Virus record (IMG/VR): IMGVR_UViG_3300049135_000200
Span: 1 to 27,766 of that record
Direction: 5' to 3' (one strand)
Origin: a virus
Lineage: Duplodnaviria > Caudoviricetes
DNA: 27,766 nt
In this document: positions 7,748-17,400 of the stretch, piece after piece
Layout of the letters: each line of letters opens with the position of its first letter
Numbering within the stretch: position 1 is the stretch's first letter
Translations under genes and position numbers: made by a program
The notes under the pieces: generated by a model
Told to the model about the DNA's origin: nothing
Databases searched by the model: none
The model's input: the letters and a program-made list of their open reading frames with translations, nothing else

Positions 7748-8251
7748 CTACGTGTCCGAGTACGACAGCCGGACCGAGGTCAGCAACGCGTCCCCCGCCA
7801 TGGTGTCGGCCGCGTTGCCGCCGATCCTGCCGACCCGCAGCCAGCATTCGTCCCCGGCGGCGATGGAGTCCAGGTTGGAGATGGCGACGCTGGCCCGGTG
7901 AAGTCGCTGGCCCACGGTGCCGAGGTGGGTGTCGTCAACCGTCTGAGCGGTGGCGAGGCCGTCGGTCTCAACGTCCTGGGTGTCGACGTCCGGGGTGATG
8001 GCCGCGATGGCAACTTCCCAACGGACCACGCCGGAGGTTGCCGTGTCGGCATACCAGACCAGGTCACAGGTGATGTTGCCCGAGCCGTACTGGAAGGGCA
8101 CCCACTTCCAGAAGGCGTACTCGGTGGCGGCAGCGTCATAGGCCAGCAGCGAGATCGGGAAGTTCGTGCCGTTGTTCTTGACGTACTGGGCGAACGAAGC
8201 CCCGAGGAACTGGGCCTCCTCCGGGAAGATCCCCTGGTAGACGGTGGCCAT
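7748..8251 (-). CDS. Minor tail or virion protein (beta-rich)
   Basis: 167 aa, good codon bias, abuts neighbours in the tail cluster. Confidence 0.7.
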   Translation of the reverse strand: MATVYQGIFPEEAQFLGASFAQYVKNNGTNFPISLLAYDAAATEYAFWKWVPFQYGSGNITCDLVWYADTATSGVVRWEVAIAAITPDVDTQDVETDGLATAQTVDDTHLGTVGQRLHRASVAISNLDSIAAGDECWLRVGRIGGNAADTMAGDALLTSVRLSYSDT

Positions 8252-8254
8252 CGC

Positions 8255-8515
8255 TCAGTCCTCCTGAGCGCGCAGGCGGCCGATGCGACGCCATAGGACG
8301 TAGGCGAAAATCTCCGCCTTCTGCTCAGTCGTGGCCGCCGCGCGGAACGGCTGGGGTAGCGCCTGGTTGAAGGAGGCCAGGTTGGCCTCGATCCAGTCGT
8401 CCGTAGCCGCCACGGCGGCCAGCAGGTCGGCCTTGGTGAACGAGGTGGTGGTGATGTTCTCGCGCATCCACTGGTTGGCCACGCGCTGACGTGCTTGCAC
8501 CCCGAGTACGGGCAT
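8255..8515 (-). CDS. Small helical phage protein
   Basis: 86 aa, GGAGG RBS upstream, co-oriented in the operon. Confidence 0.7.
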   Translation of the reverse strand: MPVLGVQARQRVANQWMRENITTTSFTKADLLAAVAATDDWIEANLASFNQALPQPFRAAATTEQKAEIFAYVLWRRIGRLRAQED

Positions 8516-8569
8516 GCGAAAGCCTCCGGTTGTCCGGTGAAAGGTGAAGAGGAAAGGGGGGCGCTGCGG

Positions 8570-9058
8570 TCAGCAGAGAATCTGAACCGTGAGGTCAGAC
8601 CCCGCGATGGTCGATCCGACGGCGTCAAGATCGACGGTGAAGTAAGCGCCGTCCGCGATGGTCGTTACGTTGTGGTTGGTGACCTTGCCGCTGGTGAAGT
8701 TCGTCGCGGTGATGGTCGGCCGGTTGCCCTGCGTCGTGAAGATCGTGGTCCCGCCGACGTTGACGTCCACCACGATGGACGCGCCTGTCGGGGCGGTGCC
8801 CACGCTGGCGCGCACGGCCTTGATGGTGAGCGTGGCGCCGGTGTCGTTGTAGATGCGGAAGGTGCCCGTGCCGGTGGTGAGCGTCCCAGCCTTGGAGAAG
8901 GCGAACAGGACGCCCGGTTCCAGCAGTCGTTCGACGCCCGCCGAGGTGCGCAGGAAGAGCTGATCGCCGGTCTTGGCGAACACCGACGTCACGCCCGATG
9001 CCGGGCTGGACGGGGAAGCCTGGTGCGTCAGTTGCAGGGGTGAGACGTTCCTGGTCAT
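8570..9058 (-). CDS. Minor tail protein (beta-sandwich tip domain)
   Basis: 162 aa Thr/Gly-rich; AVRASVGTAPTGASIVVDV...GSTIAGSDLTV; ATGA overlap with the upstream gene. Confidence 0.75.
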   Translation of the reverse strand: MTRNVSPLQLTHQASPSSPASGVTSVFAKTGDQLFLRTSAGVERLLEPGVLFAFSKAGTLTTGTGTFRIYNDTGATLTIKAVRASVGTAPTGASIVVDVNVGGTTIFTTQGNRPTITATNFTSGKVTNHNVTTIADGAYFTVDLDAVGSTIAGSDLTVQILC

Positions 9059-10047
9059 CCCTGGATGACCACCCGGTACTGTGCCGACGTGGGAGCGGTG
9101 CCGAAGTTCAGCCGGACCGCGTTCGTGGTCGGCCGCGACACGTCGCAGTCCACCGACTCGCGCGAGCCGGAGTTGACGAACACCTCTACGCCCACGTCGT
9201 AGGTGCCCAGGTTGTGGGTGACGTCGATCTGCGTGGCCGATCCGTCGCCGACGTTCGCCGCGACATGTCGTGAGATGACTCCGGTGTCCACCGCCACGGC
9301 GTCGGCGGCCACCGAGATGCCGGTCCCGGCGCCGACGGCCAGCACGCCGGTGGTGTGCGTGAGGCCCGCGCCCGCCACGGTGGCGGCCAGGGCCACGTCA
9401 TCGGCGTTGACCGTGATGCCCGTGCCAGCGCCGACCGCGAGAGCTGACCCAGCGCCGCCGGTCAGGCCCGCCCCAGCAGCAGCGGCAGCGATGCGGACGG
9501 CGTCGGAGGAGATCTCCAGGCCCGTGCCGGTGTTGACGCTGAAGGTGCCGGAGGAGTCGGCCAGGCCGTCGCCCGCCGTGTAGGTGACGCCGCCGCCCCC
9601 GAGCTGCGACCAGGCCAGGGCGTCGGTGCCGACGGTCGCGGTGTCGGCCGTCTGGATGTAGACCCGGTCGGCGTTGACGGTGCCCGAGGCGACCGTGACC
9701 GCGACGCCCTTGCCGTCGGTGGTGGCGGCCATATCGGCGGCGCGGGCCGGTGCACCCGTGGCGGCCACGACGTAGATGCCGTTCTCGATGCCGTCGGCCT
9801 GGTCCTTGAGCAGGATGCGGTCGCCGGTGGCCAGTGTGACGCCGTCAACGACGTCGCCGTTCTCGAAGCTGGTGGCGAGCGTGCCCGCCGTGGTGGTGGC
9901 CGCGCGGACGGACTGCTTCCAGTTCAGGCCCCGGGCGACCTGGTCCACGTACTGCTTGGTGGCGGCGTCGGTGGACGAGCTGGGATCGGCCAGGTTGGTG
10001 ATCTTCTGGTTGCTGAGATTCAGCCCATTGAGTACGGCGCGGGCCAT
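9055..10047 (-). CDS. Tail fibre protein
   Basis: KITNLADPSSSTDAATKQYVD fibre motif, DGVTLATGDRILLKDQ...ENGIY motif, repeated AGAGL/AGTGI beta-spiral units, C-terminal VTHNLGT domain. Confidence 0.85.
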   Translation of the reverse strand: MARAVLNGLNLSNQKITNLADPSSSTDAATKQYVDQVARGLNWKQSVRAATTTAGTLATSFENGDVVDGVTLATGDRILLKDQADGIENGIYVVAATGAPARAADMAATTDGKGVAVTVASGTVNADRVYIQTADTATVGTDALAWSQLGGGGVTYTAGDGLADSSGTFSVNTGTGLEISSDAVRIAAAAAGAGLTGGAGSALAVGAGTGITVNADDVALAATVAGAGLTHTTGVLAVGAGTGISVAADAVAVDTGVISRHVAANVGDGSATQIDVTHNLGTYDVGVEVFVNSGSRESVDCDVSRPTTNAVRLNFGTAPTSAQYRVVIQG

Positions 10048-10054
10048 GCTGCTC

Positions 10055-10378
10055 CTATCCGATGAGCGCCGTGCCGGAGAACGGCTCAGCGAACGTGATC
10101 ACGGTGGTGTTCAGGTCGGGGTGCTCGACGTCGGAGTCCACCTCGCGGCCGTCATCGCCGATGACAGTGGCGTGCACGCGCCGCCCCAGGGCGTGGGCGA
10201 TGGTCCAGGTGGATGCGGGTACTCCGGCACGGTCGTAGACGAAGACCGCACCGCCCGCCGGACCAACGGGGCCCGGTGGTCCTTGAGGTCCAGGCACGCC
10301 AACGTTGACGCTGGTGGGCGACTGGGGCGAAATGATGACCTCGTAGACGGGGCCGCTCTCGACGACGATCTCGCTCAC
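10055..10378 (-). CDS. Small fibre-associated protein with a short collagen-like repeat
   Basis: GVPGPQGPPGPVGPAGG and WTIAHALG...ITFAEPFSGTA. Confidence 0.8.
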   Translation of the reverse strand: MSEIVVESGPVYEVIISPQSPTSVNVGVPGPQGPPGPVGPAGGAVFVYDRAGVPASTWTIAHALGRRVHATVIGDDGREVDSDVEHPDLNTTVITFAEPFSGTALIG

Positions 10379-10716
10379 CTGGTCACCTCGAAGTCCACCG
10401 TCACGTCCCCCTTCAGCAGCCGCTCGACCGCGCCGTTCGGGGAGACAAGCTCCAGGTCGTAGACGCCGTTTCTCCAGGTCATAGCGGCCGTCTGCGTGGC
10501 GCTGATGGTGATGGTGACGACGCCCGGCGGACCCGCCTCGATGGCGATGCCCGCCTCGGGGTCGCTCGTCAGCGACAACAGCGTGGACGGCGAGGCGACC
10601 GTCTCGCGGATCTGCATGCGCGCCGTGCAGCCGGTCAGGTCGCGGTCGGTCATGGTGAGGGCCGCCGTCCAGGTCGCGCCCTGCTCGATCGCGACGTCCC
10701 AGACCGTGGCGGGCAC
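10375..10716 (-). CDS. Baseplate or fibre-attachment protein (BppU N-terminal-like Ig fold)
   Basis: IEQGATW, DLTGCTARMQIR, GVYDLEL and RLLKGDVTV motifs. GTG start inferred at 10716, immediately after the previous stop. Confidence 0.75.
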   Translation of the reverse strand: MPATVWDVAIEQGATWTAALTMTDRDLTGCTARMQIRETVASPSTLLSLTSDPEAGIAIEAGPPGVVTITISATQTAAMTWRNGVYDLELVSPNGAVERLLKGDVTVDFEVTR

Positions 10717-10717
10717 G

Positions 10718-11026
10718 CTAGCCCCCCTCGTCGAACATGGGGACTTCGCAGAACAGGTACATGATCGCCCCGGGGTACTCGGGGTACACGCCTCCCGCGT
10801 CCGGGTGGTACCAGAGCTTGCGCGGCCTGCGGAAGCCCTCCCCGAGGCCGATCTCTTCGATCTCCCAGACGTCCATCTCGGTGTCGTTGAGCAGGTAGTC
10901 ATAGGCAGCCTGGACAGCCTCGACGTGGCGCAGCCGGATCTCCTCGATCTGCTCACCGCGCTCGGTGCTGACAAGGGGCGCCTGCTCGACGCAGGGCCCG
11001 ACGCCAGGAATGAAGACGTACGCCAA
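10718..11026 (-). CDS. Small acidic phage protein
   Basis: TTG start at 11026 after a GGGGGAG RBS; 102 aa filling the gap between neighbours. The longer ORF call overlaps the upstream gene. Confidence 0.6.
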   Translation of the reverse strand: MAYVFIPGVGPCVEQAPLVSTERGEQIEEIRLRHVEAVQAAYDYLLNDTEMDVWEIEEIGLGEGFRRPRKLWYHPDAGGVYPEYPGAIMYLFCEVPMFDEGG

Positions 11027-11034
11027 CGCTCCCC

Positions 11035-11523
11035 CTAGGAGATCTGGTAGGTGCCGCCGATGATCAGTTGGTAGCCGTTCGCCCAGACGAACGGGCTGGT
11101 GTTGCTCAGCCCGGTACCGCCCGCAGAGGAGATGCGGTCCATGAGTCCGCTGGTGGTGATGTAGGCGGCCACGGTGTGTCGCTCGATGCCGGTATCTGAT
11201 CCGGCGAAGCCGTGCAACGTCTGCACGGCGATGGGCACCAGGGCGGACGGCAGCGTGAACGACCACAGGCCGGACCCGAAGGTGGTGGTGGAACCGGCCC
11301 GCAGGCGCATACGGACGTGCACCGTGGCGCCGCCGTACCCGACCTGCTTGTAGGCGGCGACCAAGGTGCCGTTGCCCAGGGACGGGTTGGAAGTGACGGC
11401 CGTCCAGGAAGGTTTCCAGTTCGTCCAGGCCGCCTGAAGATCCACGTTGCGGTTGTAGATCTCGGCGTCCCAGAACGGTTTGTCGATGAAGTCCCCGATT
11501 CCGGGACTGACTGGGGCGGCCAT
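11035..11523 (-). CDS. Minor tail protein, paralog 3 of tandem triplet
   Basis: MAAPVSP...WTNWKPSW...GNGTL...AGSTTTFGSGLWSFTLP...GTYQIS. Confidence 0.85.
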   Translation of the reverse strand: MAAPVSPGIGDFIDKPFWDAEIYNRNVDLQAAWTNWKPSWTAVTSNPSLGNGTLVAAYKQVGYGGATVHVRMRLRAGSTTTFGSGLWSFTLPSALVPIAVQTLHGFAGSDTGIERHTVAAYITTSGLMDRISSAGGTGLSNTSPFVWANGYQLIIGGTYQIS

Positions 11524-11530
11524 GGCGCTC

Positions 11531-12016
11531 CTAGGAGATCTGGTACGAGCCGTTGAGCAGCAGGAAGTCGCCCGTCGCCCAGGTGAACGGGGCGCCGTTG
11601 GAGATGCCGACAGTTGCCGTGTAGGCCACCCGGTTAATCGCGTTGCCCGTCAGGTATCCGGCGACTGCGTACCGGGACGTGGTGGAGGTGTCGAACAGGA
11701 ATCCCGAGCAGGACTGGAACGACGTCGCGTTCAGCCCGGACGGAAGCGTGAACGACCAGGCCCCGGTGCCGTATCCGGTCGTCGAACCGGCGACCAGCCG
11801 GAGCCGGAAGTAGACGGTCCTGCTGGTGTCGGGCCGCTTGTAGGCGGCCAGCAGCGTCCCGTTGCCGACCGACGGGGTTCCGCTGGTCGCCGACGTCCAG
11901 GTGGGTGTCCAGTTCTGCCACGCGGACGCCACGTCCACCCAGCGGTTGTAGACCTCGGTGTCCCAGAACGACTTGGTGATGAACTGGCCGAACGTGGGGT
12001 TCACGGGTGCAGCCAC
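11531..12016 (-). CDS. Minor tail protein, paralog 2 of tandem triplet
   Basis: MAAPVNP...WQNWTPTW...GNGTL...AGSTTGYGTGAWSFTLP...GSYQIS. Confidence 0.85.
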   Translation of the reverse strand: MAAPVNPTFGQFITKSFWDTEVYNRWVDVASAWQNWTPTWTSATSGTPSVGNGTLLAAYKRPDTSRTVYFRLRLVAGSTTGYGTGAWSFTLPSGLNATSFQSCSGFLFDTSTTSRYAVAGYLTGNAINRVAYTATVGISNGAPFTWATGDFLLLNGSYQIS

Positions 12017-12025
12017 GGGTGTCTC

Positions 12026-12517
12026 CTAGGAGGTCTCGTAGACGCCGGTGACCAGCAGCGAGGCGTTCTGTGCCCACTCGAACGGGACGTCCGTGGCACC
12101 CGCGTTGGTGCGCACGCCCGAGGTGCCGCTGTAGGTGAGCCGGAAGATCCCGGCGGAGGCGGTCAGGTAGGCCGCCAGCACGTACCGCGCCGAGGCCGCC
12201 GAGATGGCCATGGCTGAGCAGGTCTGATGGATCGCAGGCGGGGCGTCCGTGGGCATCGTGAAGCCCCACAGGCCCTCGCCGAAGGTCGTGGTGGATCCGG
12301 CGACGAATCGCATCCGGAAGTCCACCGTCTTGCCGACCATGTGATACGCGCCCGCCAGCGTGCCGTTGCCGATGCTGGGCGGGCTCACCGAGCAGGACCA
12401 GGTCGGCGTCCAGGAGTCCCAGTCGGCGTAGAACTCCCGCCAGTGGTCGCCCACCTCGGCGATCCAGAAGTCGTCATCGGGGGTCGATCCGGCTGACGGG
12501 CTGACGGGGTCGGCCAT
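12026..12517 (-). CDS. Minor tail protein, paralog 1 of tandem triplet
   Basis: MADPVSP...WDSWTPTW...GNGTL...AGSTTTFGEGLWGFTMP...GVYETS. Confidence 0.85.
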   Translation of the reverse strand: MADPVSPSAGSTPDDDFWIAEVGDHWREFYADWDSWTPTWSCSVSPPSIGNGTLAGAYHMVGKTVDFRMRFVAGSTTTFGEGLWGFTMPTDAPPAIHQTCSAMAISAASARYVLAAYLTASAGIFRLTYSGTSGVRTNAGATDVPFEWAQNASLLVTGVYETS

Positions 12518-12523
12518 GGCGTC

Positions 12524-14461
12524 TCACACTCCCAGGCGGGTGGTCAGGCCCAGCTCGCTACGTCCGGCGATCTGGAGCTGCCACACGTCGCTGTGTGCGG
12601 CCGGTGAGGTGTTGTAGGTGACCGCGTGGTAGTTGTGGGAGATCGTCTCGCTGTACCCCTCGACGTGCAGGGCGACGGTCGTCTCAGGGGAATTGGACGG
12701 CAGCCCGGACAGCGTGACCACGTCCGAGATCTCCAGGTCCAGAACGTCCTCGTGCAGGGTCAGCGCGTTGGCCATGACGGTGACCTGCGTGACGCGGGGT
12801 GGCGGATCGGCTCCGATCGACACCGCCCACTGGGCGGCGGCGAGCGCGTCGGCGTCCGAGGCCCACGGTTGCGACTCGCCGCCCGAGTAGATCCCGTACT
12901 CGTCGATGCTGTCCTGGTCGATCACGCGCTGTTCGGCGCCGCCGTCACGCTGGTTCGTGACGTCGTTGACGAGCGGCTGGTCGTCGTCGGACCACGTCAG
13001 GTCGCCCTGAATGTCGGCGTCGGTGAGCGTGAGCGAGGACGCCTTGTTGTACCGGTAGTTGCGGCACTCGAAAATGATCTCGGCGGAGGATCGCGAGGCG
13101 TACACCAGGCCGTTCTCGACCTCGGCGACGTCCTGGAGGGCCTGGATCGGCGCCTTGCCCCCGGCGGCCTGGGCGTCCATTAGCGTGCTACTGGTGCCCA
13201 GGATGCTGCCGGTGAGCCCCAGCAGGGCGCACAGTCGGGTGAACCTGGCGGTGACCAGCGTCGTGGTGCTGCTGCCGGTCGCCCACACGTTCGCCCAGTC
13301 GGGCATGGTGCCGGTGCGCTTCATCCAGACATGCGACAGCGTCCCGTCGAACATGGTGGAGTTGCCGCTGCCGGAGTGCGTGCCGCCGCCGACGATGAGC
13401 CGCCGGTAGAAGTTGACCCGGATGCTGTCTGGCCAGGCGTAAGTGAAGCTGGCGAGTTCGCCGTCCAGGTAGGTGGACACATTGCCGCTGCCGTCGATCA
13501 GGATGCCCAGGAAGTGGTTGTCTTCGTCGAAGAAGTCGATGTTGGGCCATTCGGCGTCGGGCTCCAGGTCGCTGAAGTCCACTGACTCGTCGCTCTGGGC
13601 GTACAGGTTGATCATGGCGTTGGCGCTGCCTCGGACGCCGAAGATGTTGGCGTTGAACTGGACGCCCTCGCGGTCCGGGTCGTCGGTGTCGGACTTCTGG
13701 TTGTCGGCCAGGCTGAAGAGGTTCCAGGCGGCCTGCGGTTCGGCGTCCGGGCCGTCCTTGATGAACCAGATGCCGATGGCGTAGCCGCCGGACCCTGGAG
13801 GGAGGGCGACTTGCAGGTGTTTGCCCTGCGTGGTGTCCCCGGTGAAGGCGCCGCCGTACAGGAAGTGCGCGGCGGTCAGGCCGTCCACGCCGGGTCCTTC
13901 GGCGGTGCCGAAGGTGATGGTTCCCCGCCCGGCCGCGCTGGGGTTGTCCGGGGCGATGGCCATGCTCCGCCAGCCGTTGCCGGAGGTGTCGCCCGCCGAG
14001 GTGGCGCCGTCAGGCTCGCTGAACGTGTAGTACAGGTCGGGGTCGAGCGCCAGCATCTCCTCTTCCAGCAGCGAGCGCATGGGGGCGACCATGCCCAGCC
14101 GCTTGAACAGGTCGGTGCAGGTGATGGACACCAGAGACAGAGCGGTTCCGCCCTCCCAGGCCACCGGCCACTCGTTCACGTAGCCGTCAAAGCGCGTGTA
14201 GCTGTTGACTCCGACGACCACCCGGCAGCGGATCCGGCGCCCCTTCTTCACGTTCGGGTAGTAGGCGCCGGACGCCAGGCCGGGCGTGAACCGGCCGTCG
14301 TTGATCAGGACGAGCGACATCGTCCCGGGGGCGACCTCCCCCTGCTCGTCACCGCGCCCCCGCGTGATGGAGATGCCGTCGCTCACCCGCACGTACGAGG
14401 TGATGTTGGTCCAGTTCACGCCGTTGAACATGACCTCGACCACCACGGAGAACTCGGCCAT
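12524..14461 (-). CDS. Large minor tail (hub/tail tip) protein with an inserted LamG-like domain
   Basis: Follows the tape measure. WTNITSYVR...ITRGRGDE...DGRFTP N-terminus, central LYYTFSEP...FDGTLSHV lectin-like region, DSIDEYG C-terminal region. Confidence 0.85.
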   Translation of the reverse strand: MAEFSVVVEVMFNGVNWTNITSYVRVSDGISITRGRGDEQGEVAPGTMSLVLINDGRFTPGLASGAYYPNVKKGRRIRCRVVVGVNSYTRFDGYVNEWPVAWEGGTALSLVSITCTDLFKRLGMVAPMRSLLEEEMLALDPDLYYTFSEPDGATSAGDTSGNGWRSMAIAPDNPSAAGRGTITFGTAEGPGVDGLTAAHFLYGGAFTGDTTQGKHLQVALPPGSGGYAIGIWFIKDGPDAEPQAAWNLFSLADNQKSDTDDPDREGVQFNANIFGVRGSANAMINLYAQSDESVDFSDLEPDAEWPNIDFFDEDNHFLGILIDGSGNVSTYLDGELASFTYAWPDSIRVNFYRRLIVGGGTHSGSGNSTMFDGTLSHVWMKRTGTMPDWANVWATGSSTTTLVTARFTRLCALLGLTGSILGTSSTLMDAQAAGGKAPIQALQDVAEVENGLVYASRSSAEIIFECRNYRYNKASSLTLTDADIQGDLTWSDDDQPLVNDVTNQRDGGAEQRVIDQDSIDEYGIYSGGESQPWASDADALAAAQWAVSIGADPPPRVTQVTVMANALTLHEDVLDLEISDVVTLSGLPSNSPETTVALHVEGYSETISHNYHAVTYNTSPAAHSDVWQLQIAGRSELGLTTRLGV

Positions 14462-17400
14462 CAGGTGATCCCCAGTTGCGTACGGCCGTTGGTCCGCTTC
14501 AGCTTCTTCAGCACCTTTTCGATCTCTCGGGCGGCGGACAGGGAGTCGATGACTCCGTGCAGGTGGATGTGGGTGTCTCCGGATACCGCTGCGAGCTGGT
14601 CGGGACGCAGGACGTACTCAGGGCCGCCGGTGCCGTTGTAGATGGGCGGGCTCATACCGGGCCCCAGCACGCCGCCGGTGTCCATCACCCACGGCGGACG
14701 CCCCCACCAGGGCGTCGAGCGCATGCCGACCTCGCGCACGTGAGCGCCCGTGTAGGGCGCTTCGATCATCTTGCCGGGGGCCGACATGAGGTAGGTGTGT
14801 CCCGGGTGCGGTTGGCCGACGTCGCCCGGCCTGGGCGCGCTGACGCGCTTCAGGACGCCCTTCTGGCTGTAGGTCGTGCCGCCGATGGACCGCTTGGTGG
14901 CCTGGTACCAGGCGTACTCGGTGAGGCCGGAACAGTCGAAGCCGTACGTACCGGCGCCCCGGCCGATGCCGTAGGACGGGCCGTGCGGACCGCCGCCGCC
15001 CCACGAGTACGGCATGCCGATCTGCTTGCGGGCCGCCGCCACGGCCTTGCCGCCGGTGCCGCCGCCACCTGCTGAGATGGCGTCTTCCTTGCCGTCGATC
15101 CAGTTCAGGAAGCCGCTGATCATGCGCCGGGGGACGCCCGCGAGCATCTTGGCGAACGGCGAGTCACCCATGCCCGATTCGAGGCTGCGCAGGATGGGTT
15201 CGGTGACCAGCTTGGTGGCGTTCTTGACGCCATCCATGAACCAGTCCTTCGCCTTGCCGAAGAACGCCTGGAGGCCGCCTACGATGCCGCCGTCTTGGAA
15301 GCCGGGGATGCCCAGGCCGCCCGGGTCGCCCGCGACGCCCAGCAGCTTGGCGGCGTTGCCCTTCAGGGAGTTGGCGCGGTGGATGAACCGCTCGCCGAGG
15401 GACTTCACGGCCTCGGGGACCAGGATGCCCTCGCCGGAGCGGGCGGCGATGACCTGGTCGTCGGTGCGGGAGTAGCCGGGCAGGATGCCGCCCTTGGCGA
15501 ACCCCTTGGGGAGCGAGATGTGCAGGTCGTCGGGCTTGAGCTTGAACTTGCTGGCGACGAAGTTCCACGCGCGCAGGATGCCGTTGTTCAGGACGGTGTT
15601 GACGACGAACTTGATCGGGGCCTTGGCGTAGCCCTCGATCTTCTTCCATGCCTTCTTGATGAAGTCGGCGGCGGTCTTGAAGCTGTCGCCGACCTTCTTG
15701 ACGCCGTTCTTGATGCCCTCGAAGGCGGGCTTGATGAAGCCGTTCCAGACGGTCTTGATGATGTTGCCGATGGTCTTGAACGCCGGAGAGATGACGTTCT
15801 TCCACAGCCACACGATGATCGGGATGAGGACCTTGGAGACGTAGGCCCACCATGCCTTGAGGAGTGGCTGGATGATCGTGTTCCAGGCCCAGGAGATGAT
15901 CGCGCCGATGGCCTTGAAGACCGGGGCGACCACGTTCTTCCACAGGAACATGATCACCGGGACGAGGATCTTGGAGACGTAGTACCACCACGCCTGAAGC
16001 AGCGGCTTGATCACGCCGTTCCAGACCTCGCCGATGATCTGGCCGATGAACTGGAACGCTGGCTTGACCACGTTCTGGTACAGCCACGTGATGGCCGGGC
16101 CCAGGTAGGTCTTGACGAACGTCCATAGCGCCGACAGGGCGGGCTGAATCGCGTTGGTCCAGACGGTCTGTACCAGCAGGCCAATGTCGGAGAACACCGG
16201 CTTGAAGACGTTGTTCCACAGGAACAGCACCTTGGGCATGACCTCGGTGACCAGGAAGTTCCGCAGCGCTTCCAGGGCTGGCTTGATCACGTTGTTCCAG
16301 GCCACGGAGACGGCCTGCTGAATGCCCTGCCAGGCGGCCTGGACGATGGCCCGGAAGGTCTCCGATTTCTGATAGGCCAGTACCAGCCCGGCGACCAGCA
16401 GCCCGATGGCGATCAGGATCCAGCCCAGGGGGCCGCCCTTCATTACCTTGTTGATCAAGCCCCAGACGGTGACGAACGCGCCGCCGACGCCCTTGATGAC
16501 GCCGATCAGAGCGAACAGCTTCGCGCCCAGGACGCCTGCGACCAGGCCGAACGCCAGGACCTTGGCGACGACTCCGGCGACCTGTGGAGACAGGTAGGAC
16601 AGCAGTCCGGCGATGGCGGTCAGGGGGCCCAGCAGGTAGGGCAGGATCGTGGCCAGGCTGGACAGCACGTCCCGGAACATCTGGAAGATCGTGGCGATCT
16701 TCTCTTGGCCTGCGGCTGACTTCACCCACGCGGCGGCCTTCGCGGTCAGCCGCTCCAGGATCGACAGCAGCCCCTCGCCGGGGTCGGCGGCGTGCTTGAA
16801 GGTGTTGAACAGGATCACGCCGATGTTCTTGGCGATGCGCCCGAGCGAGGCCAGCGTGTTGCCCGCGCTGAGGATGGCCCCCTTGAGGGCGTCGGACCCC
16901 TTCTTCGACTTCAGGAAGCCGTTGACGGCCAGGGCCCCGTTCTTCGCCCACTCCGCCATGCGCTTGGCCAGCGGCATCCCCGCGTTCCCCAGGCGCAGCA
17001 CCGACATGACCAGGGGTCGGATGGCGCCGCTCAGGGTGTTGACGATGCCCGTGGTGCCCTTGAAGGTCTTGGCCAACTGCCCCTTGAAGGTCTTGGACTG
17101 GGCGACGTTGGCGGCCTCCTTGGCCACCTTGTTAAGGGATCCGGCGACGCCGGTCATGCCCTTCTCGATGGTGGGCAGCAGGTTGCCCCCCGCCTTGCCC
17201 ATCTGGGCGGCCAGGCCGTCGAACAGCCTCTCCTGGACGGCCTGCTGGACCGGCTTGAACGCCTTCTGGAGGCCCGCCGCTTCCTTGACGAAGGCACGGG
17301 CGGCCGGGGAAAGCTTCTTCAGCGCCTTCTCAAGGGCCTCGGCGTCGCCCTCGGCGACCGCCCCCATGGCATCGGAGACGCCCATCAGGCCGACCTTCAG

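Noticed and set aside
5869-12517. Recombinase-driven tail fibre shufflon or inversion system
   Set aside because: All paralogs are full-length and co-oriented, no inverted cassettes or repeated crossover sites were seen, and the recombinase has its own single lox-like site.
11035-12517. Diversity-generating retroelement target/template repeats
   Set aside because: No reverse transcriptase in the window; differences between copies are general, not adenine-specific.
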